A DNA stretch of 64,000 nt from Pelagomonas calceolata (GCA_918797485.1 CAKKNE010000001.1:2914001-2978000); one strand, 5' to 3'; positions 19,763 through 30,698 are shown, numbered from the stretch's first letter. The notes: generated by a model from the sequence alone, not told the origin. Numbers and translations: made by a program.

Positions 19763-20722
19763 TTAGATGGAGGGCGGCTCGTCGTCCGCTTCGCCGCCTG
19801 CAGCGAGGTCGGCGAAGAGGAAGTGGCGCGGCGCGTGGATGGAGGCGTCCATGGCGTCGGGGGCGAGCCCGCTCAGCCCGAGCGAGTGGCCCGAGTGGTC
19901 CAGGCCGAAGGAGTGGCCCGAGCCCGACGAGTGGCCCGAGCCGTCGAGGCCGAGCGAGTGGAGCGAGTCGTCGAGGCCCGCGGCGTCGGCCGGCGGCGGC
20001 GAGGCGCGCGAGCGCCGCCAGCGCGCCGAGTCGTCGAGGTCGCCGCGGTACGAGCCGCGCGCGCGGCCGCCGTCGGCCTTGTCGTCGAAGGAGACGCGCG
20101 GCCCCGCCCCGGCGGCGGCCTCCTCGGCGGCGGCGAGCGCCAGCAGGTTGCCCGTCGACGACGAGCCGCGGCCCGTGAGGCCCAGGCGCCGCGACAGCGT
20201 GCGGACCTCGTGACCCGACCCGGGCCGCGCCGGCACGACGTCGGGCGCCGCCGCGACGGCCTCCTGCGCGCCGGGCGAGCCCAGGCCCGCCGGCGGCGCG
20301 GGCGGCGCGGGCGCGCCGGGCGGCCGGGCCGCGCGGCGCTTGTCCCGGAAGGCCTGGAACCGCTTCCGGATCTTGCGCCGCACGCTCCGCGCCACGAACC
20401 AGGGCAGCTGCTCCAGGTAGTGGAGCGGGGGCAGCGACTGGATGCGCCGCCGCTGGTCCTCGACGATGCGCTTCCGCGCGGCCTCGATGTCCCCCTCCGA
20501 GAAGCCCGCCTCGCGCAGCAGGGCCCGCCGCGTGGCCGGCTCGAGCCACCTCGGCGGGCTGTGGCGCTCCGCGTCGCGCAGGCGCGCCTTCTCCGGCCGC
20601 GCGGCCAGCGCCGCGCCGAGCCGCACGGCGACGCCGCAGCTCACGGCCGGCGAGTCGCCGAGCCCGTAGTCGAAGTAGTGGACGTCCAGGTCGCCCCAGG
20701 TCACGCGCCGGCCGCCGGCCAT
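19763..20722 (-). CDS. Hypothetical protein with RVxW (PP1-docking-like) motif and LGDSPAVS motif (CSRNP-N-like)
   Basis: RRVTWGDLDVHYFDYGLGDSPAVSCGVAVRLG; strong GC3 bias; short DxSGHS repeats at the C-terminus. Confidence 0.65.
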   Translation of the reverse strand: MAGGRRVTWGDLDVHYFDYGLGDSPAVSCGVAVRLGAALAARPEKARLRDAERHSPPRWLEPATRRALLREAGFSEGDIEAARKRIVEDQRRRIQSLPPLHYLEQLPWFVARSVRRKIRKRFQAFRDKRRAARPPGAPAPPAPPAGLGSPGAQEAVAAAPDVVPARPGSGHEVRTLSRRLGLTGRGSSSTGNLLALAAAEEAAAGAGPRVSFDDKADGGRARGSYRGDLDDSARWRRSRASPPPADAAGLDDSLHSLGLDGSGHSSGSGHSFGLDHSGHSLGLSGLAPDAMDASIHAPRHFLFADLAAGGEADDEPPSI

Positions 20723-21049
20723 GGCGCCTCCAGGGTTTCACGCGAGCCGAAGCCAGCCCACGTCCCAGCCCGAGGCAGCCTCGCGACTCGTCGTACCACT
20801 GTGCCCCGCAGCCTCACCCTTGCTGGCAGTCTAACATGGCAACATGACACTTCGGACCCCCTCCAGCCTGGCCACGGCCTTCTTCGCAGGAAGTGTCCCC
20901 GGGGGGAGCCCAAGCAGGAATACCTAAAGGGCACCCGTGTCGGCGGTTGGAGTCTTCTCCAAAGAGCGGCGCGCGTGTCTTCGTGGGTGACCCATGAACC
21001 CCACGTCACCTACTAGTCACCTAGACTAGTCACCTACCACAAATAGTTA

Positions 21050-22492
21050 TCACGCGACCTCCACCGGCCGCGCGCTAGGCGACCCGTCGAGGTCCTCGAG
21101 GAAGATGCCGGCGTGGCCGCTGAACGTCCCGTCCATCGAGAGTCCGTGGACCCCGGCGCCGGGCGCGCCGCGCCGGCCCGGCGCCGACCGGCTCGAGCCC
21201 GACAGCGACGACAGCGCGTCGCTCGAGTGGCAGCGCTTCTCCGGCGAGAGCGGCGCGGCCGGCTCCTCCCGCGGCGGCGGCGCCGACAGCCGCGCGAGCA
21301 CGAACGGCGCGTGGACGAGCACGAGGTCCGGGTCGCGCTCGAGGTCCGCGAGGACGCCGCGCGCGCGCGCCCCCGCGGCGCCGAGCCGCGCCAGGCTCCG
21401 GATGACGTCGCCGAGCAGGGCGCAGTCGGGCGGGAGCCCCGGCGTCGGCTCGACGAGGGCCTCGGCGGCGGCGGCGGCGGCGCGGTCGAGCAGCGTCGAC
21501 AGCGCGACGCGCGCGGCGCGCTCGGTGGCGCGGAGCCGCAGCGCGGCCGCGGCCGGGTTCGCGAGGTGCCGGTCGCCGCGCGCCGCCGTCAGCCACTGCG
21601 ACCGGAGCGCGTCGGCCGCCGACGCGCGCGCCGCCTCAGGCGCCAGCAGCGCCTCCAGCAGGTCCCGCAGGTCCGCCGAGGGCTCCGCGCGCCGCGTGAA
21701 GGTCCGCTGGAGGCGGAGCAGCGCGGCGAGCCCGCCGCCGTGCAGCGTGCGGACCTCGTCGCCCGAGAGCATGCCGCGCGTCAGCACGAGCAGCACCACG
21801 CCGCAGGAGTAGACGTCGCCGCGGTGGTCGTAGTCGCGCGCCCAGACCTCGGGGGAGCTCCAGAAGGGCGAGCCGCACTCGCGCCGGAAGCGCTCGGTGC
21901 CGTCGGCGGCGAAGCGCGCCGCCGACCCGAAGTCCGCCAGGACGACGGCCGGCCGGCGCCGCTCGTACGTCACGAGCAGGTTCTCGGGCTTGACGTCGCG
22001 GTGCGCCACGCGGCGCCGGTGGCAGTGCGCGACGGCGCCGCAGAAGTCCCGGAAGAAGCGGCTCGCGTCCGCCTCGGTGAAGTGCTTCGCGCGCGCGAGG
22101 TGGCGCATGAGGTCGCCGCCGGCGCAGAGCGGCGTCAGCATCAGGAGCGCGTCCGACGTCTCGAGGACGCCCACGAGCCCGAGGCACCGGCCCTGGCCGC
22201 CGAGGAGCCGCAGGATCTCGATCTCGCGCCGTATCTTTTGCTCCGCCGGCGCGGCCCAGAGCACGTTGTCGTCGCTGATCGTGAGGCGCTTGCTGATGCG
22301 CTTCGCCGCGAGCCGCGCGCCGTCGCGCCGCCGGCGCACGGCGCGGACGACGGCGTAGGATCCCTCGCCCAGCTTCTCGCCCGGCTCGTAGTCGATCTCC
22401 AGCTGGATGCGGCTGCTGTACCAGACGTCGGCCTCGTCCCGGTACAGGTCCGCCGTGCAGCAGAGGCCGCCCACGCGGCGCAGGAGCCACAT
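21050..22492 (-). CDS. Ser/Thr protein kinase, CAMK/CDPK-like
   Basis: LGEGSYAVV, AAK, HRDVKPENLL, DFG, CGSPFWSSPE, DVYSCG. Confidence 0.92.
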   Translation of the reverse strand: MWLLRRVGGLCCTADLYRDEADVWYSSRIQLEIDYEPGEKLGEGSYAVVRAVRRRRDGARLAAKRISKRLTISDDNVLWAAPAEQKIRREIEILRLLGGQGRCLGLVGVLETSDALLMLTPLCAGGDLMRHLARAKHFTEADASRFFRDFCGAVAHCHRRRVAHRDVKPENLLVTYERRRPAVVLADFGSAARFAADGTERFRRECGSPFWSSPEVWARDYDHRGDVYSCGVVLLVLTRGMLSGDEVRTLHGGGLAALLRLQRTFTRRAEPSADLRDLLEALLAPEAARASAADALRSQWLTAARGDRHLANPAAAALRLRATERAARVALSTLLDRAAAAAAEALVEPTPGLPPDCALLGDVIRSLARLGAAGARARGVLADLERDPDLVLVHAPFVLARLSAPPPREEPAAPLSPEKRCHSSDALSSLSGSSRSAPGRRGAPGAGVHGLSMDGTFSGHAGIFLEDLDGSPSARPVEVA

Positions 22493-22828
22493 GGGTCCGC
22501 CGGTTCGGCACTAGCGGTGCGGCCAGCGCCTCATGCCTTCGCTGCCCGTCAAACCACACGAAGCTGCCCCACCTCGGGCTGGTGCTTCGGACAGGGTGCT
22601 GATCTCAGAGTCTTGCTTTTCACCCCAAAAAAGTGTACGTTGGCGGTTTTCGGCACCCCTATTCGGTCCGAGGGTATCTTTCCGGGCGGCCCGAAGGACC
22701 GTGTGGTAGGCCGACGCGCCTAAGCGAAGCCGCAGGTCGTCCACACCACACACGTTGGTTGCCACGCGACGCGCACGCGGCATAACAAAACCTGGTGGGA
22801 CTGCGATAAGTGTTGTCCGATAATCGTC

Positions 22829-24133
22829 ATGGCGCTCCGCAGCCTGGCAAACCGCCTGCCGGCGCCCCTCCGCCAGCGGGCCTACAGCCTCACGCCCGGC
22901 GGCGCGGCCTTCCGGCGGCGCCAGGCGCAGAATCGCGGGGCCTCCACCAATGCGAAGCCCGTGGTCAGCGCGAAGGTCGCGGTCGGCGCGGGCGTGCTCA
23001 CGGGCGGCCTCGTGGCGGGCCAGTACTTCTTCGGGTCGGCGGACAACTTCTACGACCACCGCTTCATCACGAAGGCGGACCCCGACGCGATGGCCGAGTT
23101 CTACGGGAACGAGGACTTCATGGAGATCTTCTGCGTCTTCCCGTTCATGGTCGACTTCATGATGCGGAGCGGCTACTTCGACGACAACGGGCACGTGCAC
23201 ACCTTCGGCCTGCCCCCCATCGTCAGCAACATGGTCGTGTCGATGCAGTTCGACGAGCGCGAGGAGGAGGACGAGGACGGCGAGGCGCACACGGTCTGCT
23301 TCAACAAGAAGGAGCGCTTCAAGTGCTCGGCGGCCATCTTCGGCTGGACGCTCTGGGAGATGGTCCAGAACTTCGGCTACGCGCAGCGCGACGACGGCAC
23401 GAGCGAGGTCTACCACTACGGCCAGTCCTGGCGCGGGCCCTTCTTCATCCGCCTCATCTTCCAGACGCACGCGCGCTACGTCATCTACGCGACGGAGCAG
23501 CACCTCAACAGCCCGCGCTTCCTCGCGCAGGACGAGGACGAGGAGGACGACCTCGTCGCGCAGCGCCACAACATCCCCAAGCACCTGCTCGGCCAGTTCC
23601 TGGACGGCCTCGAGGTCGACGTGCAGGCCAAGCTCGGCGAGTCCGCCAGGGCGCTGGCGACGCTCGGCCAGGCCCCCAAGGACGCCGCCGAGCTCGCCGC
23701 GCTCAGGGCGCAGGTCGCGAGCCTCGAGAGCACGCTCAGGGACCTCCGCGAGGCCTCGCTGCGCCGCCAGCAGACGGCCGCGGCCGCCCCCAAGCGCGCG
23801 CTCCGCCGCGCGACGACGGCGCTCGAGCGCCGCGACACGGGCGTCGAGTCGCGCCGCCGCCCCAAGCCCGAGGGCTCGGCCAAGGGCTTCTACGACCGCG
23901 TGCTCCAGCGCCGCGCGACGCGCGCCGAGGAGGCGGCCGCCGCGGCCGACAACGCCGCCGCGACGGCCGCGATCACGGCCGCCGCCGCCAAGCAGCCCGG
24001 CCTCCACGAGACCATCGCCGCCGCGCTCGAGCACGCCGAGGACCTCTCGCCCGAGGAGGCCGACTCCGCCGGCGAGCTCAAGACGCGGATCCAGCGCCGC
24101 GTGACGGCCATCGAGGAGTCGGCGGAGGACTGA
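22829..24133 (+). CDS. Hypothetical protein, probably mitochondrial
   Basis: 434-aa ORF with strong coding bias; Arg-rich acid-free N-terminus, one TM, globular middle, coiled-coil tail. Confidence 0.75.
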   Translation: MALRSLANRLPAPLRQRAYSLTPGGAAFRRRQAQNRGASTNAKPVVSAKVAVGAGVLTGGLVAGQYFFGSADNFYDHRFITKADPDAMAEFYGNEDFMEIFCVFPFMVDFMMRSGYFDDNGHVHTFGLPPIVSNMVVSMQFDEREEEDEDGEAHTVCFNKKERFKCSAAIFGWTLWEMVQNFGYAQRDDGTSEVYHYGQSWRGPFFIRLIFQTHARYVIYATEQHLNSPRFLAQDEDEEDDLVAQRHNIPKHLLGQFLDGLEVDVQAKLGESARALATLGQAPKDAAELAALRAQVASLESTLRDLREASLRRQQTAAAAPKRALRRATTALERRDTGVESRRRPKPEGSAKGFYDRVLQRRATRAEEAAAAADNAAATAAITAAAAKQPGLHETIAAALEHAEDLSPEEADSAGELKTRIQRRVTAIEESAED

Positions 24134-24192
24134 GGGCCCTGCCTGTGAGTAACTAAATAAACTACAACTTCAAGTTGAAACGTCCGAGCCCG

Positions 24193-24240
24193 GTTACGGT
24201 GCTAGGACGAGTGGGCGGAGCCCCCGGGGGGGGAGGCACC
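24193..24240 (+). repeat. Short dispersed repeat, copy A
   Basis: gttacggtgctaggacgagtgggcggagcccc...gaggcacc; matches 33013-33075 and the reverse complement of 29317-29390. Confidence 0.9.
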
Positions 24241-24256
24241 TGCTGGGGAGAGGTTA

Positions 24257-25735
24257 TTACCCGGCCGCGCGGCGGCACCAGCGACGCAGCTCCGCGTCGA
24301 GGTCTTCGAAGCGGCGGGCGTCGAGCGCGGCGCGCGTGGCGGCGACGAACGCGCGGCGCCTGGCGAGGCTCGGCGCGCCCGCGTCGGGGTCCGTGTGGAG
24401 GTGGGCGTCGATCAACGACGTCCAGAGGTCGCGGTCCCACGCGCGCGGCGGCGTGCCCTGCCGGCGCCCGTCGCGCGTGGGCCAGGCGCCCGTCGCGATG
24501 AGGTGGAGGCACACGCCCACGGCGTACGTGTCGATTTCATGGACCCAGGGCGCGCGCGGGCGCGGAGCGCGCCGCCGGTCCGCGCGCGCGGGCGGCCACT
24601 CGAAGGCCGCGAGGTGCGCGTGGTCGAGCGCCGTGGAGAACTGGGTTCCCGCGCGGTGGCGCCGCCGGTCGACGCCGCGCCCGAAGTCCGTGAGGACGAG
24701 GCCGTGGCCGCGCCGCGCCGCCTCCACCGCCGCGGGCGCGTCGCGGTCGCCGGCCGCGGCGGCGCCGGCGGCGCCGGCGGCGGGCGCCCGGAGCAGGAAG
24801 TTGTCGGGCTTGACGTCGCAGTGGAGCACGCCCGCCTCGTGGCACGACAGGACGGCCTCCATGACGCCCGCGGCCAGGAGGAGCGCGACGGGCTCGGGCG
24901 GCCGCTCGCCCGCGCGCTCGCCGCCGCGGCGGAGCACGTCGGAGACCGTCGGCCCGAGGCGCGCCGCGGCGAGGGCGGCCGCGTCGCACCAGCGCCAGGT
25001 GGCGAGCGGCTCGACGATGGTCCCGAGCGCGGCGGGGCGCGGCGGCGCCCGCGCGCGCACCGCCGCCGCGAGCGCCGCCTCGGCCTCGAGGTCGTCGGCG
25101 GCCGCGCGGCGCGCGACCTTGAGGGCGACCTCGGGCGCCAGCGGCCGCACGTCGGCGCGCGCGACGGCGTCCTCGAAGTCGCCGTCGTCGTACGCCACGG
25201 CGACGCCGGCCGGGCCGGACGCGGCCTGCACGGTGCCCGGATACCACCGGTCGCCGCGCTGGTAGCGCGCCTCGACGCGCGCGCCGGGCCCGAGCGCCTC
25301 GCCGGCGTCGTTCGCGACGACGACGGCGAAGACGGCGCCGGACGCGCCGTGGCCGAGGTAATCGCCCACGGCGAACCGCGTCGGCCCGCAGTCCGCCTCC
25401 TCGCGCGGCCGCATCATGCATTTCTCGCGCGCCGTGCCGCAGGCGCGCTTCTTGACGACGACGAACGGCGCGCGCCGCGGCCGCTCGTCGTGGGCGGCGA
25501 AGGCGCCCTCGCCCGCGCCCTCGCCCGCCTCGCGCGCGTGGGCGCGCGCGGCCTCGCGGCGGTACTCCTTCGTGAACGGGTCCACCGGCGGCGGCGGCGG
25601 CGCCTCCGGCGCCGGGGCCGTCGTCTCGAGCCCAGGCAAACAGGGCACCGTGCGCTTTTGCCGACGGCGCTTGCGCTTCCTGTTGTGCCGCGGCGGCGGC
25701 ATCGGGAAGAGGGTTTGGAGCGAGTCGAGGGGCAT
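24257..25735 (-). CDS. BUB1-like kinase with an inserted Tudor/Agenet domain
   Basis: LGHGASGAV, VALK, LHCDVKPDNFL, LTDFGRGVD, PWVHEIDTY (BUB1-type); VEARYQRGDRWYPGTV...VAYDDGDFE is Tudor-like. Confidence 0.75.
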   Translation of the reverse strand: MPLDSLQTLFPMPPPRHNRKRKRRRQKRTVPCLPGLETTAPAPEAPPPPPVDPFTKEYRREAARAHAREAGEGAGEGAFAAHDERPRRAPFVVVKKRACGTAREKCMMRPREEADCGPTRFAVGDYLGHGASGAVFAVVVANDAGEALGPGARVEARYQRGDRWYPGTVQAASGPAGVAVAYDDGDFEDAVARADVRPLAPEVALKVARRAAADDLEAEAALAAAVRARAPPRPAALGTIVEPLATWRWCDAAALAAARLGPTVSDVLRRGGERAGERPPEPVALLLAAGVMEAVLSCHEAGVLHCDVKPDNFLLRAPAAGAAGAAAAGDRDAPAAVEAARRGHGLVLTDFGRGVDRRRHRAGTQFSTALDHAHLAAFEWPPARADRRRAPRPRAPWVHEIDTYAVGVCLHLIATGAWPTRDGRRQGTPPRAWDRDLWTSLIDAHLHTDPDAGAPSLARRRAFVAATRAALDARRFEDLDAELRRWCRRAAG

Positions 25736-25961
25736 GGTCGTCTATATATAGCTTTTTGGCTTTTTGGCGCGGGTTAAAGCTTGAGAGTGTTACGGAGCGA
25801 GACTAGCTGGTTTGCACCCAGAGCTGTTATCTGATCGGCGAAGGCCTTCTCGTCGGGGTGGGCTATCTCGTCGGCAGTCTCGGCAGTCCGACGCTGTAAA
25901 TACTTTCGCCTGCTGCTCTCTCTACGATATCTCACGCTCTAGTATCTCTACCTCTAGTAGC

Positions 25962-26120
25962 CAGTGGAGCGCCGGCGAGGCGTCCGCGGACGTCCATCGA
26001 CTCGCCCGGGTCTGCGCCGACAAGATCGCCGGCAAGGGGTTCCGGAAGGGCCTCATCGACGCTGATTCGGTCGAGGACGCGGCGGCCATGATTCAGGCCC
26101 AGATCTACCGGTGGATCGTC
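25962..26120 (+). pseudogene. Second retroelement-like C-terminal fragment
   Basis: AGEASADVHRLARVCADKIA...IYRW; 14/46 identities, ungapped, to the 8514-8807 peptide. Confidence 0.45.
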
Positions 26121-27670
26121 TTGCAGATCGAACAGTCGCACTCGCCGACGCCCCGTTTCTTGATGCAGGCACACCGTGTGTTGATGAGGGATGTCAGCCC
26201 AGGGATGATGCCTTCCTTTCCCGTAGTCTTTGCGGAGATCTCCTTGCACTGCTGCGCATAACTTGACCTCGTGAACGCCTCGTGCACCTGCTCGTTCGTA
26301 CCGTTCTGGTATCGTAAGGGATGCTTCTCATACATCTCCTCCTTCGTCTCTGGATGAGGCCCCAAAAACACGTTTGCGTGCCTTTTGTTGTCATTGTCAT
26401 AAGAGCTAGCTTCGGCCGACTCGTGCCAGAACCGTACCATGGGGGCTATGTCGACCTTGTCGTAGTGCCCTTTCGTATCTACACGCTTCCAGCCCTTGCC
26501 GCGGTCCTCGGCCTCCTGACGCGCCTTCACCGCTTGACTGGTAACGGCCCAGGTGGTGCCCATGGCCCTCATAAAGGACCGGCCTCGTTTCAACTCGAAA
26601 AGGTCCACAGGACACAAAGCGGCAACAGCTCCTAATAAAACGTTCCGTTCCAAGTCGTTGCGTCGTCCCTTCGCTTTCATCAACCGCTTTACAAAACTTT
26701 TACCCTGCTCCAGCATCAATCTAGCCGTCTCGGCGTCCTTCGACGTTTGTTGGAGATGGGCAGGGAGCACAGCTTTCATCTCTGGAGAATCCAGGAAGGC
26801 CTCAACAATCCTTCGCGTCGTTTCTAGATCGCCCATACCGAAAACTTGGTCCTGGATCTCCTTCGCCCGCCTAGTGATCAAACTATTTCCGGCCCGCTTC
26901 TTTGCATCAGCAATAGCGCCTTCGGTCTCGAGGCGGTCCGACGCAGCTGCCGCTTCTTTCATCTTTCCCGCGCGTCGTAGCCGGTTTATTTCGCGTATAA
27001 GTTCACGCAGTGCGCGTCCTGCACGTACTCGAGCAGCTTCCCGACGCCGTGGTGCCGGGGCTTCATCGAGTTCTTCTGGCGACGGCGTCTCCTCCTCGTC
27101 GCTGCTCTCGCTATCGCTGTCGTTCTCGCGGCCCAGGACCTCGAACAGGATTCCTTGGACTATTTGCGCCGCCGGCCGGTCATGCGATCTAATCATCTTG
27201 ATGATGTTGTCTCGCTGGTGGCGTAGTACTTGGACCTCGGCGTTGGTCTCCTCGACGATGGCAAGTTCTCGGCGACGACCGGTACCCCTGTTGCGCCGGT
27301 GTTCGGGGAGCTGCGGCACGTATTCTACTTGTGGTGGATGGCGTGGTCGTTGAACAGGTAGAGGTGGTTGTGGTGGTTCGGGTTCGGGAGTGGCGGCGTC
27401 CGGCTCTTGCTCGTAGACCATGCGCTCGAGGACGAACTTATCTGGCCAGAGTTTTGCGAGCTTGCGCCGGACAGCCATCTCCGCGGTGTCGTCGTCGCGA
27501 GGCCTTTTATTAGCCTTTCTGCGATGCGCTGGGATATGCTTCCAATTACCGATGCGCACGCTAACAAAACCGCTCGCGTCTTCGAAGAAGGTGCCCTCCG
27601 CCACCGTGCCGTCGTCAGTCTCGCCATCAGGGAAGGTGCCCAACAGGCGGCCGCGGCGCTGCGTCGTCAT
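26105..27670 (-). mobile_element. Truncated transposase-like ORF (521 aa)
   Basis: Lower GC3 than host genes; ends just after RCACIK-x5-ECDCSIC, which recalls the Cys cluster preceding the DDE core of Sola2/CMC-type transposases; lies in a repeat-rich island. Confidence 0.45.
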
Positions 27671-27893
27671 GGCCGCGCGCGGTCAACAATGATGGCTAAG
27701 CATTGTTGAGACGCTGTGCTGTCACCGGCACAGCTCCGCGCGCACGCCAGGCCAGCGAGCGCCGCCAGCCAATTCGCCAGCCCTAGCGTGTGGACAGCTG
27801 TAGACACACTAGCCCTGTGTGCGAAACGCCGCTTGCAGTTGTTTGAGTACCGTTCGGTTCGGTACTGGTCCAAAGAGATCAATGGGACACGTA

Positions 27894-28311
27894 CTGGGGG
27901 CCAAAAAATTGATTTTTTTAAATCGCGGCGACGAGGCCGCCATGGTCCATAGAGGCTGCGCCGGCTGAATCCTGTCAATCCCTGCCGGGGAGGTGTCCCT
28001 GGGGTCGCCTAGGGTCGGTACTATACACGAGCACGCGCCTACACCGCATACACCGCCGCTTCACTCATTCTTGGCCGATTTCTCTCAGCAGCCCGCGGCA
28101 CTTTAGCAATATTTAGCCAAGATTTGCTTTCAGAGCCCTCCGAGACCACTAGGCTGCTGCATCGATGGCGTATGCGGTACAGGCGCTTACCCACTACCAG
28201 ACCCACCCCGAGAGACGTCCGGGAGCCGATCTGCCCTCGAAAAAAGTGTGTAATTTGGACCCGATGGCGCCCCATTCCCGGCAAAAACGCCAATTACCTG
28301 AGGGCCCCCAG
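27894..28311. mobile_element. Candidate 418-bp MITE with TA target duplication
   Basis: TA-ctgggggcc (27892-27902) ... ggcccccag-TA (28303-28313); interior shows no convincing coding signal. Confidence 0.5.
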
Positions 28312-29316
28312 TAGTCGCCGTAGCGGTCTCGTTGGACCCTATACTACCCCACCGATAGTCAATTACGAGTATATGCCATCTACATTATAAGAAGGGTACT
28401 TTTTGCTGCCCACGCTCGGGACGTGAACATCTTTATCTGGAGCTCGCGTAAGTCGGTCGGTCATGGAACAAATGATCGCGTCAAGGTCCATGGTGATGGT
28501 ACACGGGCTGATGGTCGCAGGTCTGAGTAACTCGGCCGATTTGGCGAGATCGTGGGGTCGCGAGACTGACGAGGCGCGAGTTGGAAACGGGACCGGTCAT
28601 CTAATGTAGTAGACGTTCAGACCGGTTGTCTGGCCCATCCCACAACCGAAGCACCTCAAACGCGAATTTATTTTACAACTCACCGGTCTGGGGCCAATTC
28701 AGTGCCCCGCGTACGCACCGTCGTCCGCGGAGAACGGGCAAGTCGGTCGATTGTGAATAGAACAACGGCGTTATGGTCCATCTGGATGGTGTCGTCGCTG
28801 ATACTCGCGGGTCCAGGTCTTGAGCCATTCTTCATGAAAACGTGGGGGCGCGAATTCGCTTCGCGGCGAGGCTCTAACGGAGCCCCTAATATAGATAGGC
28901 AACTGTACTAGCGGTCTGGATGGACTCTACCACTAACAAACGAAAGGAAACGAACATAAACTCGGGAGTTGTCTCGTAGAATTTTTCTCCCGCCCTCCGA
29001 GCGCGGGCCGTCGGCTCTAGTTCCGTCAGATATGTTTGAAAACTGGGCTGGAGTATATATAATGTACCATCTGGACCGTAGATGGCGGCGTCAATCGCTG
29101 GTCTACTTTGGCAAGCCGTAAGTCTCATCCGCGAATGTCGCCGTCGGCTAGGGGGCCTCTTCACTAGAGGGACTTTGCTCCAATGGATCGGGCGGGACCC
29201 GCCCGTCTCAAAACCGTCGAGTCCCCCCTTCAGAAGTACCCGGAAGCCTGCGTATGGCAACCTACTAGTAACCTACTAGTATTCTTTGTTGAGTATACGT
29301 TTATGGTGAGTCGACC

Positions 29317-29390
29317 CGACGCGCGGTGTCTCCCCCCCAGGGGCTTCCCAGGGGCTCCGCCCACTAGTCCTAGCACCGTAACATCGACTA
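29317..29390 (-). repeat. Short dispersed repeat, copy B
   Basis: Reverse complement is identical to copy C over the first ~44 nt, then carries a short internal duplication. Confidence 0.9.
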
Positions 29391-29492
29391 GCTCTGGCGT
29401 GATAATAAATATAAAGGAAGACTAAAAAAGAGGAAGTTGGTCAGGATGCGCAAAGAAGCGTAGCTAGGAATCGGCCCAATCGGGGTCCGTTC

Positions 29493-30698
29493 TTACGCCG
29501 CAGCGTACGAGTCGTCGGACGAGTCGTCGGCGGCGTCGTAGGCGTCGGGCGGCCGCGCGTCGAGCTCGGCCGGCGCCGCGGTGTACCGGTCGAACTCCTC
29601 GTCGTCGCGCGGCGCCTCGGGCAGCCGCGAGGGCGGCGCCCGCTTCGCCTTTGGCGACGACTCGTACGCCGCGGGGAGCCGCGCGCGGACCGACGCGGCG
29701 AACGCCCGGCGCGCCGCCGCCTCCTCGGCGGCCGCGGCCGCGCGGCGTCTGGCCGATTCGTCCGCGCGCGCCGCGGCGGTGGGCGCGGCGGCGGCGGCGG
29801 CGGCGCGCGCGCGCGCGGCCGCGCGCCGCTTTTCGACCGCGGCCGCCGCGGTCGCCCGCGCGCCGGCGAGCGCGCCGTCGACGCCGCGCGCGCACCGCGC
29901 GAGCGCGTCGCCCGTCTCCTCGATTTGGGCCTCGAGCCCGAGCGCGGCGCCGGCGTCCCCGCGGTCCGGGCCGACCAGCCGCGGGGGCGCGGCGGCGGCC
30001 GCGCGGCAGATCTCCGTCAGCTCGCGGACCGCGTCCGCGCCGTCGACGGCGTGCGCGGCGCAAAAGTCGCGCGCGACGCGCGCGACGTCGTCGGCGCGGC
30101 CGAAGCGGAGCGCCAGCGTCCGCTTCGCCGCCTCGCCGGGCCGGTTGCCGACCAGCGGCACGTAGACGACGCACTCGGACCGCGCGACGGGGCGCCGCAC
30201 CGCGTCCCCGACCGCCGTCACCGTCGAGCGGCCGCCGCCGGCCCGCGGGACCACCGCCTCGCCGTCCAGCTCCTCCAGGACGGGGCCCGCCGTCACGCGC
30301 GTCTTCCCGAAGGGGTTGCCCCGCAGGTCCAACACCGTCAGCGACGCGAGCGGCAGCTCGTCGGCGCCGGGGTCGCGCGCGAGCTCGTTCGCGCTGAGGT
30401 CCAGCACGCGGAGGCCGCGCAGCGCCGCCAGCCCGCGGACCTCCGCGAGCCGGTTCCGCGCCAGGTCCAGCACCGCCAGGTGGGGCGCCAGCGCGGCCAG
30501 CGCCTCGGCGCAGTCCAGCGTCTCCAGGCGGTTGTCGCGCAGGTACAGCTCGCGCAGCGAGCCGGCCAGCGCGTCGAGGGGGCAGAGGGCGGCGAGGCGC
30601 AGCCGCTCCAGGCGCAGCGTTTTTACGGTATGCAGCGCCTCTGGCTCGACGTCGAGCGTGCGGCAGACCAGGCCCAGCGTTAGCCTTTGACTCGCCAT
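29493..30698 (-). CDS. Leucine-rich-repeat protein (SDS22-like repeats)
   Basis: LRELYLRDNRL, LAVLDLARNRL, LRVLDLSANEL, LTVLDLRGNPF, LRR cap LEELDG. Confidence 0.85.
   Translation of the reverse strand: MASQRLTLGLVCRTLDVEPEALHTVKTLRLERLRLAALCPLDALAGSLRELYLRDNRLETLDCAEALAALAPHLAVLDLARNRLAEVRGLAALRGLRVLDLSANELARDPGADELPLASLTVLDLRGNPFGKTRVTAGPVLEELDGEAVVPRAGGGRSTVTAVGDAVRRPVARSECVVYVPLVGNRPGEAAKRTLALRFGRADDVARVARDFCAAHAVDGADAVRELTEICRAAAAAPPRLVGPDRGDAGAALGLEAQIEETGDALARCARGVDGALAGARATAAAAVEKRRAAARARAAAAAAAPTAAARADESARRRAAAAAEEAAARRAFAASVRARLPAAYESSPKAKRAPPSRLPEAPRDDEEFDRYTAAPAELDARPPDAYDAADDSSDDSYAAA

Noticed and set aside
15300..20800. Nitrate-assimilation gene cluster around nitrate reductase
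   Set aside because: No nitrate transporter, nitrite reductase or Moco gene nearby; neighbours are unrelated.
26105..27670. ORF as the autonomous transposase of the introners
   Set aside because: No introner TIR flanks it, no catalytic core is visible and the nearby inverted repeats differ.
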